Shown here: piece by piece, positions 15,401 to 27,654 of the stretch
Layout of the letters: the number at the start of each line of letters is the position of its first letter
Position numbering within the stretch: the stretch's first letter is position 1
Assembly (NCBI GenBank): GCA_964247055.1
Contig: OZ176056.1
Span: 5,208,001-5,272,000, forward strand
Direction: 5' to 3'
DNA length: 64,000 nucleotides
Source: Paragordius varius
Lineage: Eukaryota; Animalia; Nematomorpha
The notes under the pieces: model-generated
Databases searched by the model: none
The model's input: only the letters and a program-made list of their open reading frames with translations
What the model was told of the DNA's origin: nothing
Program-made: the position numbers and the translations under genes

Positions 15401-18400
15401 TCTTTCTCAGTTGTCTTTTCCGTTCTTATTTCAACCTTGGTGTCTTTCTCGTTTTTCGTTGCTTGGTTCCTTTCCCACCTCCTGATTATTAATTGTCATC
15501 TCTTCATCTGTTTGGTTTATCGTTAAATTATCATCCTCCTCAACGCCGTTCTCGACTCCGGTCGGCCGTAATTGATCCACATGCTTGCGACGTGTTCGAT
15601 TTCCATCTTTAACCGTGTACGAGAGTACCTCTGTTCTCTCCAAAATTGAACCTTTTCTCCACCCTGAATTGATTTCATTCTTTATGTACACTTCTTCGTC
15701 CGGTCTAAAAACTTGATTGGGAATCATGTCGTCCTCTAATTGTTGTGCGGGTCTTTCCCTAACCCAAAAGAAGGGGGTATTAATATGTCTTTTCAGAAAT
15801 AAAATATACGGGCACTCTTTTGTGGCGCTATGTACGGCGGAGCGATAACCCCATAGTACTTGGTTTATTTTTTTGTCAGGAGTCAGCTTAGAATCCGTTA
15901 ACGATTTATAGTGTGCTTTTAAGGTGTAAATAACCCGTTCCACCAGCCCATTTGTTCGTGGATGATAGGGGACACTAGTGACATGTTTAATGTTTGCTCG
16001 TTGCAAGGTATCTTTAAAATCTTTTGATGCAAAATATGATGCATTATCGGTAACTATCATTCGGGGAAACCCGTACCTTACACACCAAATTTCCAACCAA
16101 TGTAGTATGTTTGCAGAATTAACAGTTCTTAGCAATTCGACTTCAACCCATCTGGAGCTACTATCGATAGCTACTAACCAATACAACCCATCTATAGGAC
16201 CGGCAATATCAAGATGTATCCTTTCCCAGATATTCGTATTAAAATTCCATTTGTACGTTGGATTACTTTTTAAGTTACTCCGGTTTAACTGACACCCCAT
16301 ACAAGATCTCACATAACTTTCAATATCTTGATTTATACCTGGCCAATAAACCCTAGCCTTGGCAGACTCTTTCATTACATTAGCCCCCGAATGTCCAACA
16401 TGCAAAAATTTTAACGTTTCATTTCGCAACGCCCTGGGAATAAACAGACGATCGCCCCAATACAACAACCCATATAATTCTTGTATTTCGTTTCTTATAC
16501 TCAATATCGAATTTAAAATTGGAGCTGACCAATCATTATGATGTAGAGCCTATTTTAATGCCATCATTAACTCATCCCGTAAAGTATTTTCTTTCATTCG
16601 CTGTACGCTTAAATTGTCAGTTGTTAGAAAGTTGATTTGCCTGGGTTGCTCCTCAACTTCCTCAGTCGGTTCTTCATACGGTAGACGAGATAACCAATCC
16701 GCTAAATTTTCCGAACCATTAATATATTGTATAGTAAAAATATAATCGGCTGTTCTGAATATCCATCTTACTAATCTACTATTGTTAATATTACTTAGAT
16801 CTCTCTTAAAGCCAAACAACTTGATCAGGGGTTTATGATCGGTTAATAATACGAACTTTCTGCCATACACAAACATTTTAAATTTTTCTAGCGCATATAA
16901 AATTGCCCTTGCTTCTTTTTTAATTACCGAGAAATGTTGTTCTGCCTTCGCACATTTTCGAGACGCAAAAGCTATCGGCCGTCACTTGTCTTATGTGATA
17001 AGACTGCTCCGAATCCGTCATTCGATGCATCTGTTTCCAACACTAACGGAAGGTTCGGGTTAAACGGTATTAGACATAATGCATTACTCACCAACAGTTT
17101 AGCTTTATCAAAAACCCTCTCTTCTTTTGTCGACCAACACCATTTCTTAGAACCTGTAAGCGCATGTAAGTCCGCGATTGTAGCATGCAAAAATGGAATA
17201 AAACGAGCGTGAAAATTTAACATTCCCAAAAAAGACCGAAGTGATGTTTTATTGGTAGGTGTAGGACAATTCAAAATTGCTTTTACTTTTTCGTTATCAG
17301 GTTTAATTCCTTTGTCTGAAATTATATATCCTAAGTATGACACTGAGGAACGAGCTAATTGGATTTTATCCTTTTTTAATTTAAAACCCACAGCAGCTAA
17401 TTTGTTCAACACTTTTTCTAAATATCCTTATGCTCCCTTACCGTTGTTCCACTAACAATTACATCATCTAAGTAAACCGCTGTACCTCGACAATCTTTTA
17501 ATAACTCATCCATAATTTGTTGAAATATCGTGGGTGCACTAGATATTCCAAATGGCAGTCTCTTAAATCGAAAAAGACCTATATGTGTACTAAACGTGAG
17601 TAAATGTTGATAATCTTGGTGTATCGGCATTTGCCAGTAAGCTTCTTTTAGATCTAAGGTCGTAAAAACTTTTCCTTGCCCGATTTTAAACCCCAACTGA
17701 TCAAACGTTGGAATCAGATGATCTACAGGAACCAGACTTGGGTTTAAAGTAACTCTAAAATCACCACATATGCGAATATCATTATCATTTTTTTAACTAT
17801 CACCAACGGAGTTACCCAGTCAATTCGTGTTTGCGAGGGGTTTATGGACTCTATAATACCCAGACTTTCAAGCCTCTTCAATTCACTTTCCACCTTAGAC
17901 TGAAGCGGAATAGGTCCCCTCCTGGCTGCAAATCTTTTGGGGATACTCCCTTTTTTGAGAAGCAACTTGATGGGTGGTCCCGTGTAACACCCCATACCCT
18001 AACCAAACAAATCCTTAAATTTATTCAAATCCACGTAATTAACATTTTTTACACATACAGCCTCTGGAAATCTGCATTCAAAGCTTTTCATCCATGGTAA
18101 CCCAAAAATGTTACCCCAATCCTCCCTAGTAACCATACATTCCAACTGTTTGACCATACCATTCCATTTCACATCTACCACACATTGTCCCATCACCTCT
18201 ACACCTTGATGGTTGAACCCAACTATTGGACCCGCGGGTGCTAAGGTCGGCCTTCCAATCTCCATCCACGTGCTCTTCCCAATCAATGATATTAGAGCTC
18301 CGGTATCGTACAACATCCTCACCCAATGGCCATTCAGACTTGCTTGCGTTCGGGCTTCATTATTATTATTGTTACCATTCAGTATATTAACGCGCCGGCA

Positions 18401-21400
18401 ACACCTGCCAAAATGACCACGTCCTTTGCATCGGTAACACTCCATGCTTGAAGCGGGACACCGGTTTATCGCATGCACGTATCCACATTTTCCACATTTT
18501 TTTCTTATCATCATAACCTGCCTATTGTCGGGACCCTGATCAATCAAACAACTGTCCGCCTTTTGTACGCCATTGCCATTTCTACCACCATCTCCAACGT
18601 AACAGGTTTCCCATCAACCATTGCATCTGGAAATTTTGTGAACAGATCTATTTCCAATCTTTTGAGTGGTAACCCTCCCACAAACCCATCTCTGATTCTT
18701 AGCATTGCATCTTGCCCAAAGTTGCACCGGGCAGCACATTCCTTTACTTGAATCAAAAAATCCATCACTGATTCCGTGGCTTTCCTTCGGAGTTGCGTAA
18801 ACTGGAACCTGGCTGCAAACACATTGTATGTCGGAGCAAATATTTTTTCCCAGCTGCTACCAAAGAATCCCAGCCCACCTCCTCTAACAGTACGGGATAA
18901 AAGAATTTCTTCAACTTTGGAATATGGGATAGACCAATGTAGGCCAATAATAAGTTTTTTTTGTTTCGTCATCTTCTGGAATTAATTTCACTTTTAACAT
19001 TCTCTTTATATAATCGATATAATCATCAAAGCTAGTTGCGGGATCATAGGCTTCCAGACTTAATTTCTCCATGCGCGAATGTAATGAGGTAAAAAAAATC
19101 GACCGCGCCAAATGTAGTAAATCGAGAAACCGTAAAACAATAAGATTTATTGAGATAAATTGCAATCAACGAAACTATATACAGTTTGCGATGTTTATAT
19201 ACTTTTTGTGGATATAATATTTACATGTTAAACCAAGGTAAAATAACGTGTGCAGGTTAAATACAAAATTGATACAATAGTTTAACTCATATCTAAAAGG
19301 TCATCAAAATGTATTCAAATATATAAATTGGTCTCGTCTAAGGTTAACTAACTTGATGTATTCTAATCTATCAATAACAAAAAAGGATTAATGCAACCAA
19401 TGTGCCAGAAACTGAAGCAAACTCACAAACCTTATATATCATCCCAAAAGTTTAAAAAAGAGAATGGCACCATATTGTGCAAACAAACAGAAGTACGAGG
19501 ATGGTGGAAGGAATACACCCAAAAACTCTATCAGGCTCCTCAAGCAAAAGTGTTGCAATTAAAAGAGGAAGAACGTGATCCAGATATACTTAGAGAGGAG
19601 GTTGAATTAGCCTTAAACAAATTCCTAACAACAAAGCGATGGGATTAGACAATATCTCAATAGAGTTAATAAAAGCTATTCCTGTAGAAACGTTACAAAG
19701 TTATGTCAAAAGGTGTGGGAAACATGTGAGTGGCCAAACGACTGGATAACATCTGTATTTCTCCCAATATACAAAAAGGTGATTACTCCAGTGCGAAAAC
19801 TACCAAAATATAGCTCTTATTAGCCACGCTAGTAAGGTCTTGCTAAAAATAAATACCAGAAAATCAAGCCGGATTTATGAAGGGAAAAAGCACTAGATAT
19901 TATATCTCAAACATGAGATGGATAATGGAAACATCTAGAGAGTTTCAGAAAGAATTATACGTGTTTTTTATTGATTACAGACAAGCCTTCGATTCCATTA
20001 ATTATGACTCATTGTGGGAAACATTAAGTTAGTAGGGGTATCGTCCCACTTAATAAGATTAATTAGCTTCTTTATGTAAAACAAAGAGCGATTATTAGAA
20101 GATCGCAAGACACATACGAAATACCTATCTTGAAAGGAGTCAGACAAAGGTGTTGCTTATCCCCTTATCTGTTCAAAATGTGCACAGAAATGATAATGAG
20201 AAAGTTAGATGGTAAAAATATTGAAGTAAGAATAAGAGGAGAACAATCAATAATTTAAGGTTTGCAGACGATACCACTCTTATAGCTGAAAGTTGGTTTG
20301 AAGGAATTGATCGAATAGATTCGAAAGGAAAGTTTGAGTTATGGTCTCATGCTTAACCCTGTCCAAAATATTTGTACTGGAGAAAAGCCTACAATTATTA
20401 TTGAAGGAGTAGAAATAGATATAGTTAAACAGTTAACGTTTTGGGGCGCAATAATATCAGAGGATGGGTTTTCAACTCCTGACATCAGAAAGAAAATAGG
20501 ATTGGGTAGAGAAGCGATGACCAAATTAATAAAGATTTGGAAAATCAAAAGCGTAGAAGTTGAAACCAAAAAAAGATTACTCTACTGTTTCGTTCTCCCG
20601 GTCACCTAATATGGATGTGAGAGCTCAACTCTCAGAAAAAGGGGCAAAGAAAGGCTCATGGCTTTCGAAAGGAGCTGCTGGCGTAGAATGCTAGGATACA
20701 CCTGGAAGGATAAAATTAAGAATGGAAATCTAACTACCTAAAACAAACATCCTGGAGATATTTCTAAAAAGAAAGTTGACATTTTTGGTCATGTATGCGA
20801 TCGAATTCTCTAGAGAAGGATACAATGTTTGGGAAGGTCGAAGGAAAATGAGACTAAAATGACATTAAACGATCTCAATCTAGCGGTAAAAGATATAAGA
20901 AAATGTAAAGAAATATGAAAACTATATCCAAAAAGTCGTTTACGACTTAGGAATAACCACCAACCAACCAATTCGAACAAAGTTAAAAAGAATACATAAG
21001 AGACTACTTAATATGATTACATAGAACTTCTCTGTTTCTACCTTAAGACATGACCAATAAATTTAATTCCATCAATAGATATCAAATTTAATATTTATAT
21101 TTTTCTCAAATTATAAAGTCAGGGATCCAAATTTAAAGAAAAATTTAAATTTTCGCATGCAAACATATACTAACCGATAAAATTGAAATTCTTTGCTTTG
21201 GTAGTATTTTCATGACAAATAATTAAATTATTAAAAATTATGTTGCCAAAACAATTTCACATATCCTTTTTGTTTGCGTTTTAATAGTCCATAAATCCAT
21301 TGATTGCCAAAAAATTGACGGATGAACTTAGCAAGGATTATATGAATGCCCGGAGAGCCCTCAAAGAAATGGAAGCTATTACACGAGGTTTGATTAAAGG

Positions 21401-22198
21401 AAACCCGCCTACCCCCATGACTGGGAACGTTAATGAAATAAAACAGGTATTATATATCATTGTGCCCACATTTTCAATGATTTAGGTTAAAAAAATGTTT
21501 TTCAAAAAACAATATATAATTTTAAAGTCTAATATAAAATATGTTTTCTGTCTTAGATACAAATTGGTAGAGATGACTGCCTTAGCCTCTTTATATGATA
21601 TGTTTGTTACTAACATATATATAAATTTAATACCCTGAAAATAATTTCCCTTAATACTTTGTACCTTTTTAAGGTTTTGGTTTTTACGATTAAATAGTCA
21701 TTTTTTAGCAAAGCTTTGGCCATTGCTATTATTAAATTTATATTAATTTTTATCTAGATTGATATTTGGAAGCGATATTTACGATGGGAACGTAACAATC
21801 CACTAAATTACGAGGATAAAAATATGGTTATAAAACGAGGTTTAAATTTAATCATCAATAATCGTTTAAATTAATATTTTTCCCTTGCCATTAAATTTTT
21901 TTATTAAATTTTTATTTCAATATAGTGGTTTATGCTTATGACCAAGCCTTGTTAGTTATGAGTTATAGTTCTGAATTATGGCTCGAAGCTGGTCTCTATC
22001 TCAGCAAAATGGGCCAAGAGTTTATTGAACAAGGGGTATAAATTTTTTATCATCATTTTTCTATTTATTTAATTTTTGGCATCAAAAGTTACTTCCGTTA
22101 CCCTTACACATTATTACATTTGTTTCTAATTTATATTAAAATCAACTCTTTATTATTTTTAATACTATATCTTTTAAAATAATTAAAGCAACACGATT

Positions 22199-22253
<55 letters not shown>

Positions 22254-25200
22254 TTTTTATATTTTTTGCCATCTTTTAAAGGAAACATCGGCAGGCAAAA
22301 TTTTGCTTGACAAAGCTTCTGACTTGTATACAAGGGCAACTAGTACATTTTTTCAAACTTCACTCTTGTTACATTTTGTTCAAACCGATTTTGAAGAGGT
22401 ATCCTTAAAAGAATTATATATTTTTAAATCTTTGGAATATATTTTAATTATCAAAATATAATTAGATGAGGGGAAATTGGACAAAAGTCGAAATTATATT
22501 TGAAAAATTGATTGATCTCAAAACTAAACTCGAACCCGATGATGTGACATTGGTAAACTTTGATTTATTTAGCATGATATAACTATTATTTTGATTTGAA
22601 TATATCATTTTTTTTCGTTAATCACATTTCTACAACGTCCATTTATAACAATCGTTTTTATATCAATTTAGCCAAATTATTTTCATTACATTTTAAGGTT
22701 TACATCCAATACATGAGATTTAGCCGAAGACACAATGGTATAAAGGGTGCCCGGTTAGTTTTTAAAAAAGCCAGAGAAGATACTCGAACTAAATATCACG
22801 TATTTACAGAATCGGCTCATATGGAATATTATTGCAATAAAGTATAAAATGGCTCATTAATTTTTATAGAAGATGCTAGTCTTTTCTTAGTCCCATAAAT
22901 TTTTATACTATTTTATTGTGCTTAGGACAAAAACATTGCACTCAAAATATTTGAATTGGGTCTTAAACGTTTTGCCACAGAAATTGATTATCTCAAGGAT
23001 TACATTGATTTTTCCTTATCTTTGAATGGTATGTACTTCTCATTAATAATATAATTTTACTTTTAATTACAGTAGCTTACCCTTATTACATCCTTCATCA
23101 TAACCTTTCAAATTATTAGCCACTTTAACAATTAGCTCATCTTGCAATATTCGGATTTTGTGATAATTTCAAATTTTTAGGATATCTCAGAATTTGTTTA
23201 CACCGTTCGACAAATTAATTTAAGTATAGGTATTTTTAAATCTCATAATAATAACCGTACTAAAACTTATATTTTTTATATCATCTGTAAAATATTATTA
23301 AGAATATACATTTAACTCTGCATATATTATTATTTAATGTACTATATTACTTTTTTGCTTTTTTTAGATGACAATAATACCCGCGTATTGTTTGAAAGGC
23401 TAATTAGCTTAACACATAATCAAATATCTACCCAACATGCTGAGTATTTTCTCTTTGAAATCTTATTGTTTTAACATAAATTACAATAATTTTTATATCA
23501 ATATAGAGTATTATGGAATCTGTTTTTACGGTTTGAAATGCAAGTTGGTGACCTTAACATAATACAATGTATTGAAAGGCGGAAAATGGAAACGTTTCTA
23601 AAAGCTGTATAATTGAAATAAAAAATATTCTTTATTAGTTTTTTTTTCTGTTTAACATAAATTCATATCATAAAAAAACTATTTTTAGAATGCCGAAGAT
23701 CCTGAAGCCTATATTTGTGGACAATTGATTGAAAAGTTTAGTGTTCGAGAATTATTGCCTTGCAGTACGTTGGATTGCAAACTTATGCACTACATTCCTT
23801 CCATCTTGTTAAATTCTACCTATACGGCCTCGGCTAATTTGCGAAATATAAATTTTGCAAATTATTTAAATGACACTGGTCACCTGCTATCGGATAATGG
23901 TATATACGCCATAATGTTAAATATTACTTAGATAATATTTAATATTAGAAATCATTTAGTTAGTGCGTATTTGGATCATTATTTGTAATGGAATATATGA
24001 TTGAATTCATACCGACGGTTAATGTTGGACCTCATGATGTGTTTTTTTTCTTATAAAATAATTTTCGGTTCTTGTTTTTCAAAAGTAATTTATTACAAAC
24101 AAAAGGACACCCTGATGGATTATAAGAAATGCATGTAAATATTTTTAATTTACTAATCGCAAAATTCCCTTATGTTTGAATAAAACGATTATCAAATTTT
24201 ATTTGGATGGTCAGAAGAAGCAGATTTTAATATTCAATTTTCACTGTTTAGAAGCTTTTTTGATTTTATTTGTTCGTTAATAATTTATATTTGTGTGATT
24301 TTACTTAGATTCCAAAATAAATCCCATATCATCCATAAACATAATGATGCCTGACACGAGCCAAATGATACCTTTTAAACCATTCAAGCATACTGGTAAA
24401 AATAAATATGGCTCTCAAATATGGCCATATAATTAATTTGTTAAACACTATTTAAGTTTTATTCTTGGTGTTTACAACGCAAATGTCTTCACACGCCGCA
24501 TTGTTAATTCAAAAAAACCGGTTGGCCGTATTTGGAAATATACAAGCATGAACAAAAATTTTATTAGTTTAAACATAAGATTTGTAAAAGAATATGTGAA
24601 GACAATTAAACAAATCCAATATTTCAGGTCGCTAGTTCGTTGCCAAAATTTGGAGAGACTTATAAAGAAAATTTGTTGAAGTTATCATCAATATTTTTGC
24701 AAATTATGGAATCTTAAAAAATAATACATTTTATTTTTGCTTAACTTAAAAAAAAATTTTTAGTGTATGGAGATCATATGTTACCCATCCCAGGGGGACT
24801 TTTTGCTTATCCACCAGCTATAGAGGTTATGTTAACAATGTTACCACAATCCAATTCATTCAATGTAAGTTTCGGGAACGAATTTGGGGGTGTTACAGTA
24901 AAAACTGTAATTATACGAACATAACGTAAAAAATAAAGACATATATTTTTTGCGAAAACAACCATACTTTTTAAAACCTTAATTTTCCCTGTATAAATTA
25001 TTTATTTTTAATCATAAAATATATAATTGATTTCGTTATCAATTTACATCTATATCTTTTACAGTATAGTTTGAAACATTGATTCATCTCTGAAAAAAAA
25101 ATCAAAATTAAAAAAGTATGTTTCTTTTTTTAAAAAATATTTGTTTTTATATTTTCTTCGGTGATTTCATTTTATACTGTAAACTGAAATAATAGTGAAA

Positions 25201-27069
25201 ATACTAATTAAGTTAGATAGAGTGGAACCATCCTTATGATGAATAGGCCTTTTTAAATAAACAGCGCCTATAAATTATTTAGTACTCAGTTATTCAGATT
25301 TTCAAGACCTAGTTTTTAGGTTATATGGTTCGAAATTGGAATACCTAGTTCTTAATCTTACAATTTGTGGGTACTTCGCTATCGCCATAATGAGTCAAAA
25401 ATAATAAAAAAATATTTTTTTTTTTAATTTATCACAAATATATGTAAGATAGAAGATTCACTGTATATATGCGGTTCTTAAATATTAAATTATTTTCATC
25501 AAACCTCTTCTACAACTTATCCCAAATATTTTATTAAATATTTTTATGCTTGGACAGGGACCATATGTATCGGTGGACAATTTAATGGGAACACTCTTTA
25601 CCATGGATTTGGAAAAGGGTAATTTTTCATAATCTTCCTTAAAATTTAAATATAGCTGTGGAATCCGGATAAATATCACGATAAATATATGTATATTCTA
25701 ATAGATATAATATTTCATGATAAGATTTAGTCGAATGTATTAAGAATGCAATTTGCTCCATGTCGAGAAATCGCCAATTTTATAAATAAATATTGTTTAT
25801 CACATAGTTTTAAAAAGCAAAGCAATGTTGATAAAAAAAATTTCGTAAGAGCTTTGCGCAAATTTTTGTCCGTCTAAAATGGGCTAACTGGTAATAATTG
25901 CAAAAAGCCATTTTATAGTAATATAACATAAAAATATCTTTGAACAACATACTTTGTTTATTTCACTTTTATCAATTTTTTCAAAGGTTATTTTATGGAA
26001 TTTTGAAGCTTAGTGGAACGCGTATAAATATATATTATTCGTTGATGCAGACATTAACATTTCAGAAATTTGATGGTCTCCATATTTAAGACATAATTTA
26101 TTTTTTAAAAAAAATTATCTGACAAAAATTATTTTAATTTAAAATTTTTGGTGAGAGAATTGTTTAGTGTCAATGAATTATGTAGAAAAAATGTTTTTTA
26201 CAGTTTCCCGTATTCTTCCAAATACCACCCAACTCAAATTTTTGATAAAGTATGCATTTTTTGAAAATTTTAAATATTGGAATCAAGCATATATTATATT
26301 ATCGGCAATCTCGGCATTTTTGCCTTTATTTTAACAAAACTAGTTGGAGGGGGCAAAAATTTTATAATTTCGAGCTCTTATCTAAAATATTGTGTTGTTT
26401 TTTGAATAGATTGTTTATTAAATATCATAATGATTTTTTTTAAAGTAAGTTAGTTTCACCAAAAAAATTATTTAGCATGATTTGCACAAATGCGTTTTAT
26501 TAAATTGACCAATCAGTGCTAAAGTTTATATATATATATATATATTACTTAAAAAACTAGTAACGTCCAAAAACTAAAAGCACCAACATTCATTAGTCAA
26601 TCACAAAACGTGTATTTCTCACCATTTTTTTGTAATTGTATATATTATAATCTATTTATTATTCTTGGTTTACAGTTAATTCCTCAAACATCTCTTATGC
26701 TAACACCTTGCCTACTGATCCCATGTTTGATCCAAAATCAATGGTTCCTACCAAAGGAAGTAAGATATGAAAAATGTTTTTTGGCTTAGTACATTTTTGA
26801 AACTATATAATGTAAACGTTAATCCACAATAGATGTATGTCTAATTTTAATTTAGAAATTATTTCTCTTTATTGTTGTATAACTTCTCTAAGATTAAATA
26901 TTCTTGATATTATAAATTTTTTGGAATAATAATTTTACATATACACGTTTTTTATGGTTGTATTTTAGATAACCCGAGCGAAATGGATGACGATTTGTAC
27001 GGTCTTGGGTCGGAACACATAATTAATGATATTTATCGTTTACGACAACAGCAAAAGAGGATCAAATAA
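6410..27069 (+). CDS. CSTF3: Cleavage stimulation factor 77 kDa subunit (CstF-77 / suppressor of forked / RNA14 family, HAT-repeat protein), 20 coding exons, ~726 aa
   Basis: Manual exon join: 6410-6511, 12469-12597, 12883-12980, 13069-13170, 13270-13396, 21288-21446, 21758-21839, 21926-22035, 22282-22398, 22466-22552, 22698-22841, 22926-23028, 23368-23443, 23507-23606, 23689-23899, 24309-24395, 24764-24864, 25558-25618, 26676-26759, 26969-27069. All introns are GT-AG, phases are compatible, and the total is 2181 nt (726 aa + TAA). Peptides match CstF-77 motifs: [120 protein letters not shown]-terminal [13 protein letters not shown]. The start Met (6410) and the boundaries of exons 15 and 19 are less certain. 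Confidence 0.93.
9907..10215. mobile_element. MITE with TIRs built from 20-bp subrepeats (ttcaaattcacccttaaaca family)
   Basis: The left end catttacagttcaaattcac and right end gtgaatttgaattgtaaatg are inverted. There are 3-4 tandem 20-mers on the left arm. A degraded copy lies at ~11175-11395, and one copy sits in each array unit (e.g. 47001-47306). Confidence 0.75.
10498..10790. mobile_element. Degraded hAT (Charlie-like) non-autonomous element
   Basis: ggtggccaac...gcagcccgcgag...tgcggcccgcg motifs typical of Charlie-type MITEs. A similar end fragment (ccggcccgcatgttagacacc) lies near 7215-7235. No TSD found. Confidence 0.4.
11591..12382. mobile_element. ~790-bp non-autonomous DNA transposon/MITE with ~100-bp TIRs
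   Basis: gtacacatatatgagagatata...gagaaatggtaacattgcatatgtg (from 11591) is the reverse complement of cacatatgcaatgttaccatttct...tatatctctcatatatgtgtac (to 12382). No clear TSD. Confidence 0.75.
13940..15061 (+). mobile_element. RTE-clade LINE, 5' part (APE endonuclease region), decayed
   Basis: ORFs 14009-14320 ([16 protein letters not shown]) and 14488-14793 ([34 protein letters not shown]) encode an apurinic endonuclease with frameshifts. The 5' region gaaggcaagcaagccaccc resembles RTE/BovB leaders. Confidence 0.85.
15067..15332 (-). repeat. 3' LTR (266 bp)
   Basis: tgtagtaaatcgag...ctaatctatca; differs from the other LTR by 7 substitutions and one 5-bp indel (hand count). Confidence 0.95.
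15431..17998 (-). pseudogene. pol (RT, RNase H, integrase) of the Ty3/gypsy element, split by stops and frameshifts
   Basis: ORFs 17744-17995, 17418-17696 ([17 protein letters not shown]), 16972-17412 (ETDAS), 16550-16876 (TDHKPL, ADWLSR) and 15431-16504 (HVGH..CMGC zinc finger, rve core). Confidence 0.9.
17999..19075 (-). pseudogene. gag-protease of the Ty3/gypsy element (frameshifted)
   Basis: ORF fragments [11 protein letters not shown]..., [20 protein letters not shown]...[44 protein letters not shown] and VRMLYDTGA. Confidence 0.85.
19113..19373 (-). repeat. 5' LTR (261 bp)
   Basis: Direct repeat of 15067-15332. Confidence 0.95.
19379..20971 (+). mobile_element. RTE-clade LINE, 3' part (reverse transcriptase), decayed
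   Basis: Resumes directly after the LTR TSD. Fragments include [44 protein letters not shown] and a GKVEG motif, with many frameshifts. It ends in a short (CCAA)n tail at ~20956-20971. Confidence 0.85.
22203..22250. repeat. (TA)24 microsatellite in CSTF3 intron 8
   Basis: Perfect TA run. Confidence 0.9.
22399..22465 (+). other. Putative U12-type (minor spliceosome) GT-AG intron, CSTF3 intron 9
   Basis: The donor reads GTATCCTTAA, matching the U12 5' consensus RTATCCTT. The 3' end (atcaaaatataattag) has no polypyrimidine tract, and a degenerate branch-like TTTTAAT lies at 22442-22448. The other 18 donors are ordinary U2-like. Confidence 0.6.
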
Positions 27070-27114
27070 TTTTATAGTTATTATTTTTTTCATTCCCATA
27101 TCATGCGGAAATTA

Positions 27115-27120
27115 AATAAA
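27115..27120 (+). promoter_or_regulatory. Candidate polyadenylation signal of CSTF3
   Basis: AATAAA 46 nt after the stop codon, followed by T-rich sequence. Weak evidence in such AT-rich DNA. Confidence 0.35.
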
Positions 27121-27654
27121 TTGTATAAATAATGTTAAATAATTATATGATAACAAAATATGTTTCTTTTTTAGTCAATTATCCTAAAAACAATAGGTCA
27201 TGGAAATATAAGGACGACGCCTATTCATTATTACTACGCAGAGTAACCCTACGAAATAAGGCGTTAATAACAAAAAATACTTATCCATTTATAGTTGGTC
27301 GCAACCATTGAAAAATCCATTCGAGTAGAGAAAGCGTAAAAATTTGCTATTTTATAGTATAATTGCAAAAGAGGTAAAAATATAATACTTGAATCAAAAT
27401 TCTCATTATCTATTTTTAATCTTATCTTTGGAAGATTTTTTTCTGAAAGAAAGTATACCCTGATGTGAATATAAGGCCTATTGACAACTAGCATGTGTAT
27501 GCACAGAGAGCTTTACATCTTCACTTTTGATCAACCTCCTTTTTTATAAACATTAATTAAATAAATCGATTTGAGGTTGAAGTCAATAGGTAGTTTTTGT
27601 AAATGTGAAAAAGGGGAAAATTCACAATAAGATTTTTACTTAAACGCAAACTAT

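Larger units (their letters stand above)
15067..19373 (-). mobile_element. Ty3/gypsy LTR retrotransposon (Mag-like), full-length but disrupted, 4307 bp
   Basis: Two TG...CA LTRs and a 5-bp TSD ATAAC (15062-15066 and 19374-19378). The PBS TGGCGCGGTCGAT (plus 19098-19110) lies 2 nt from the 5' LTR, and a PPT GGATAAGGAGATA precedes the 3' LTR. Domain order is gag (two Cys/His knuckles), protease (YDTGA), RT (YLDD), RNase H, integrase. Confidence 0.95.

Noticed and set aside
15978-18985. Plus-strand ORFs overlapping the retrotransposon
   Set aside because: Antisense shadows of gag/pol.
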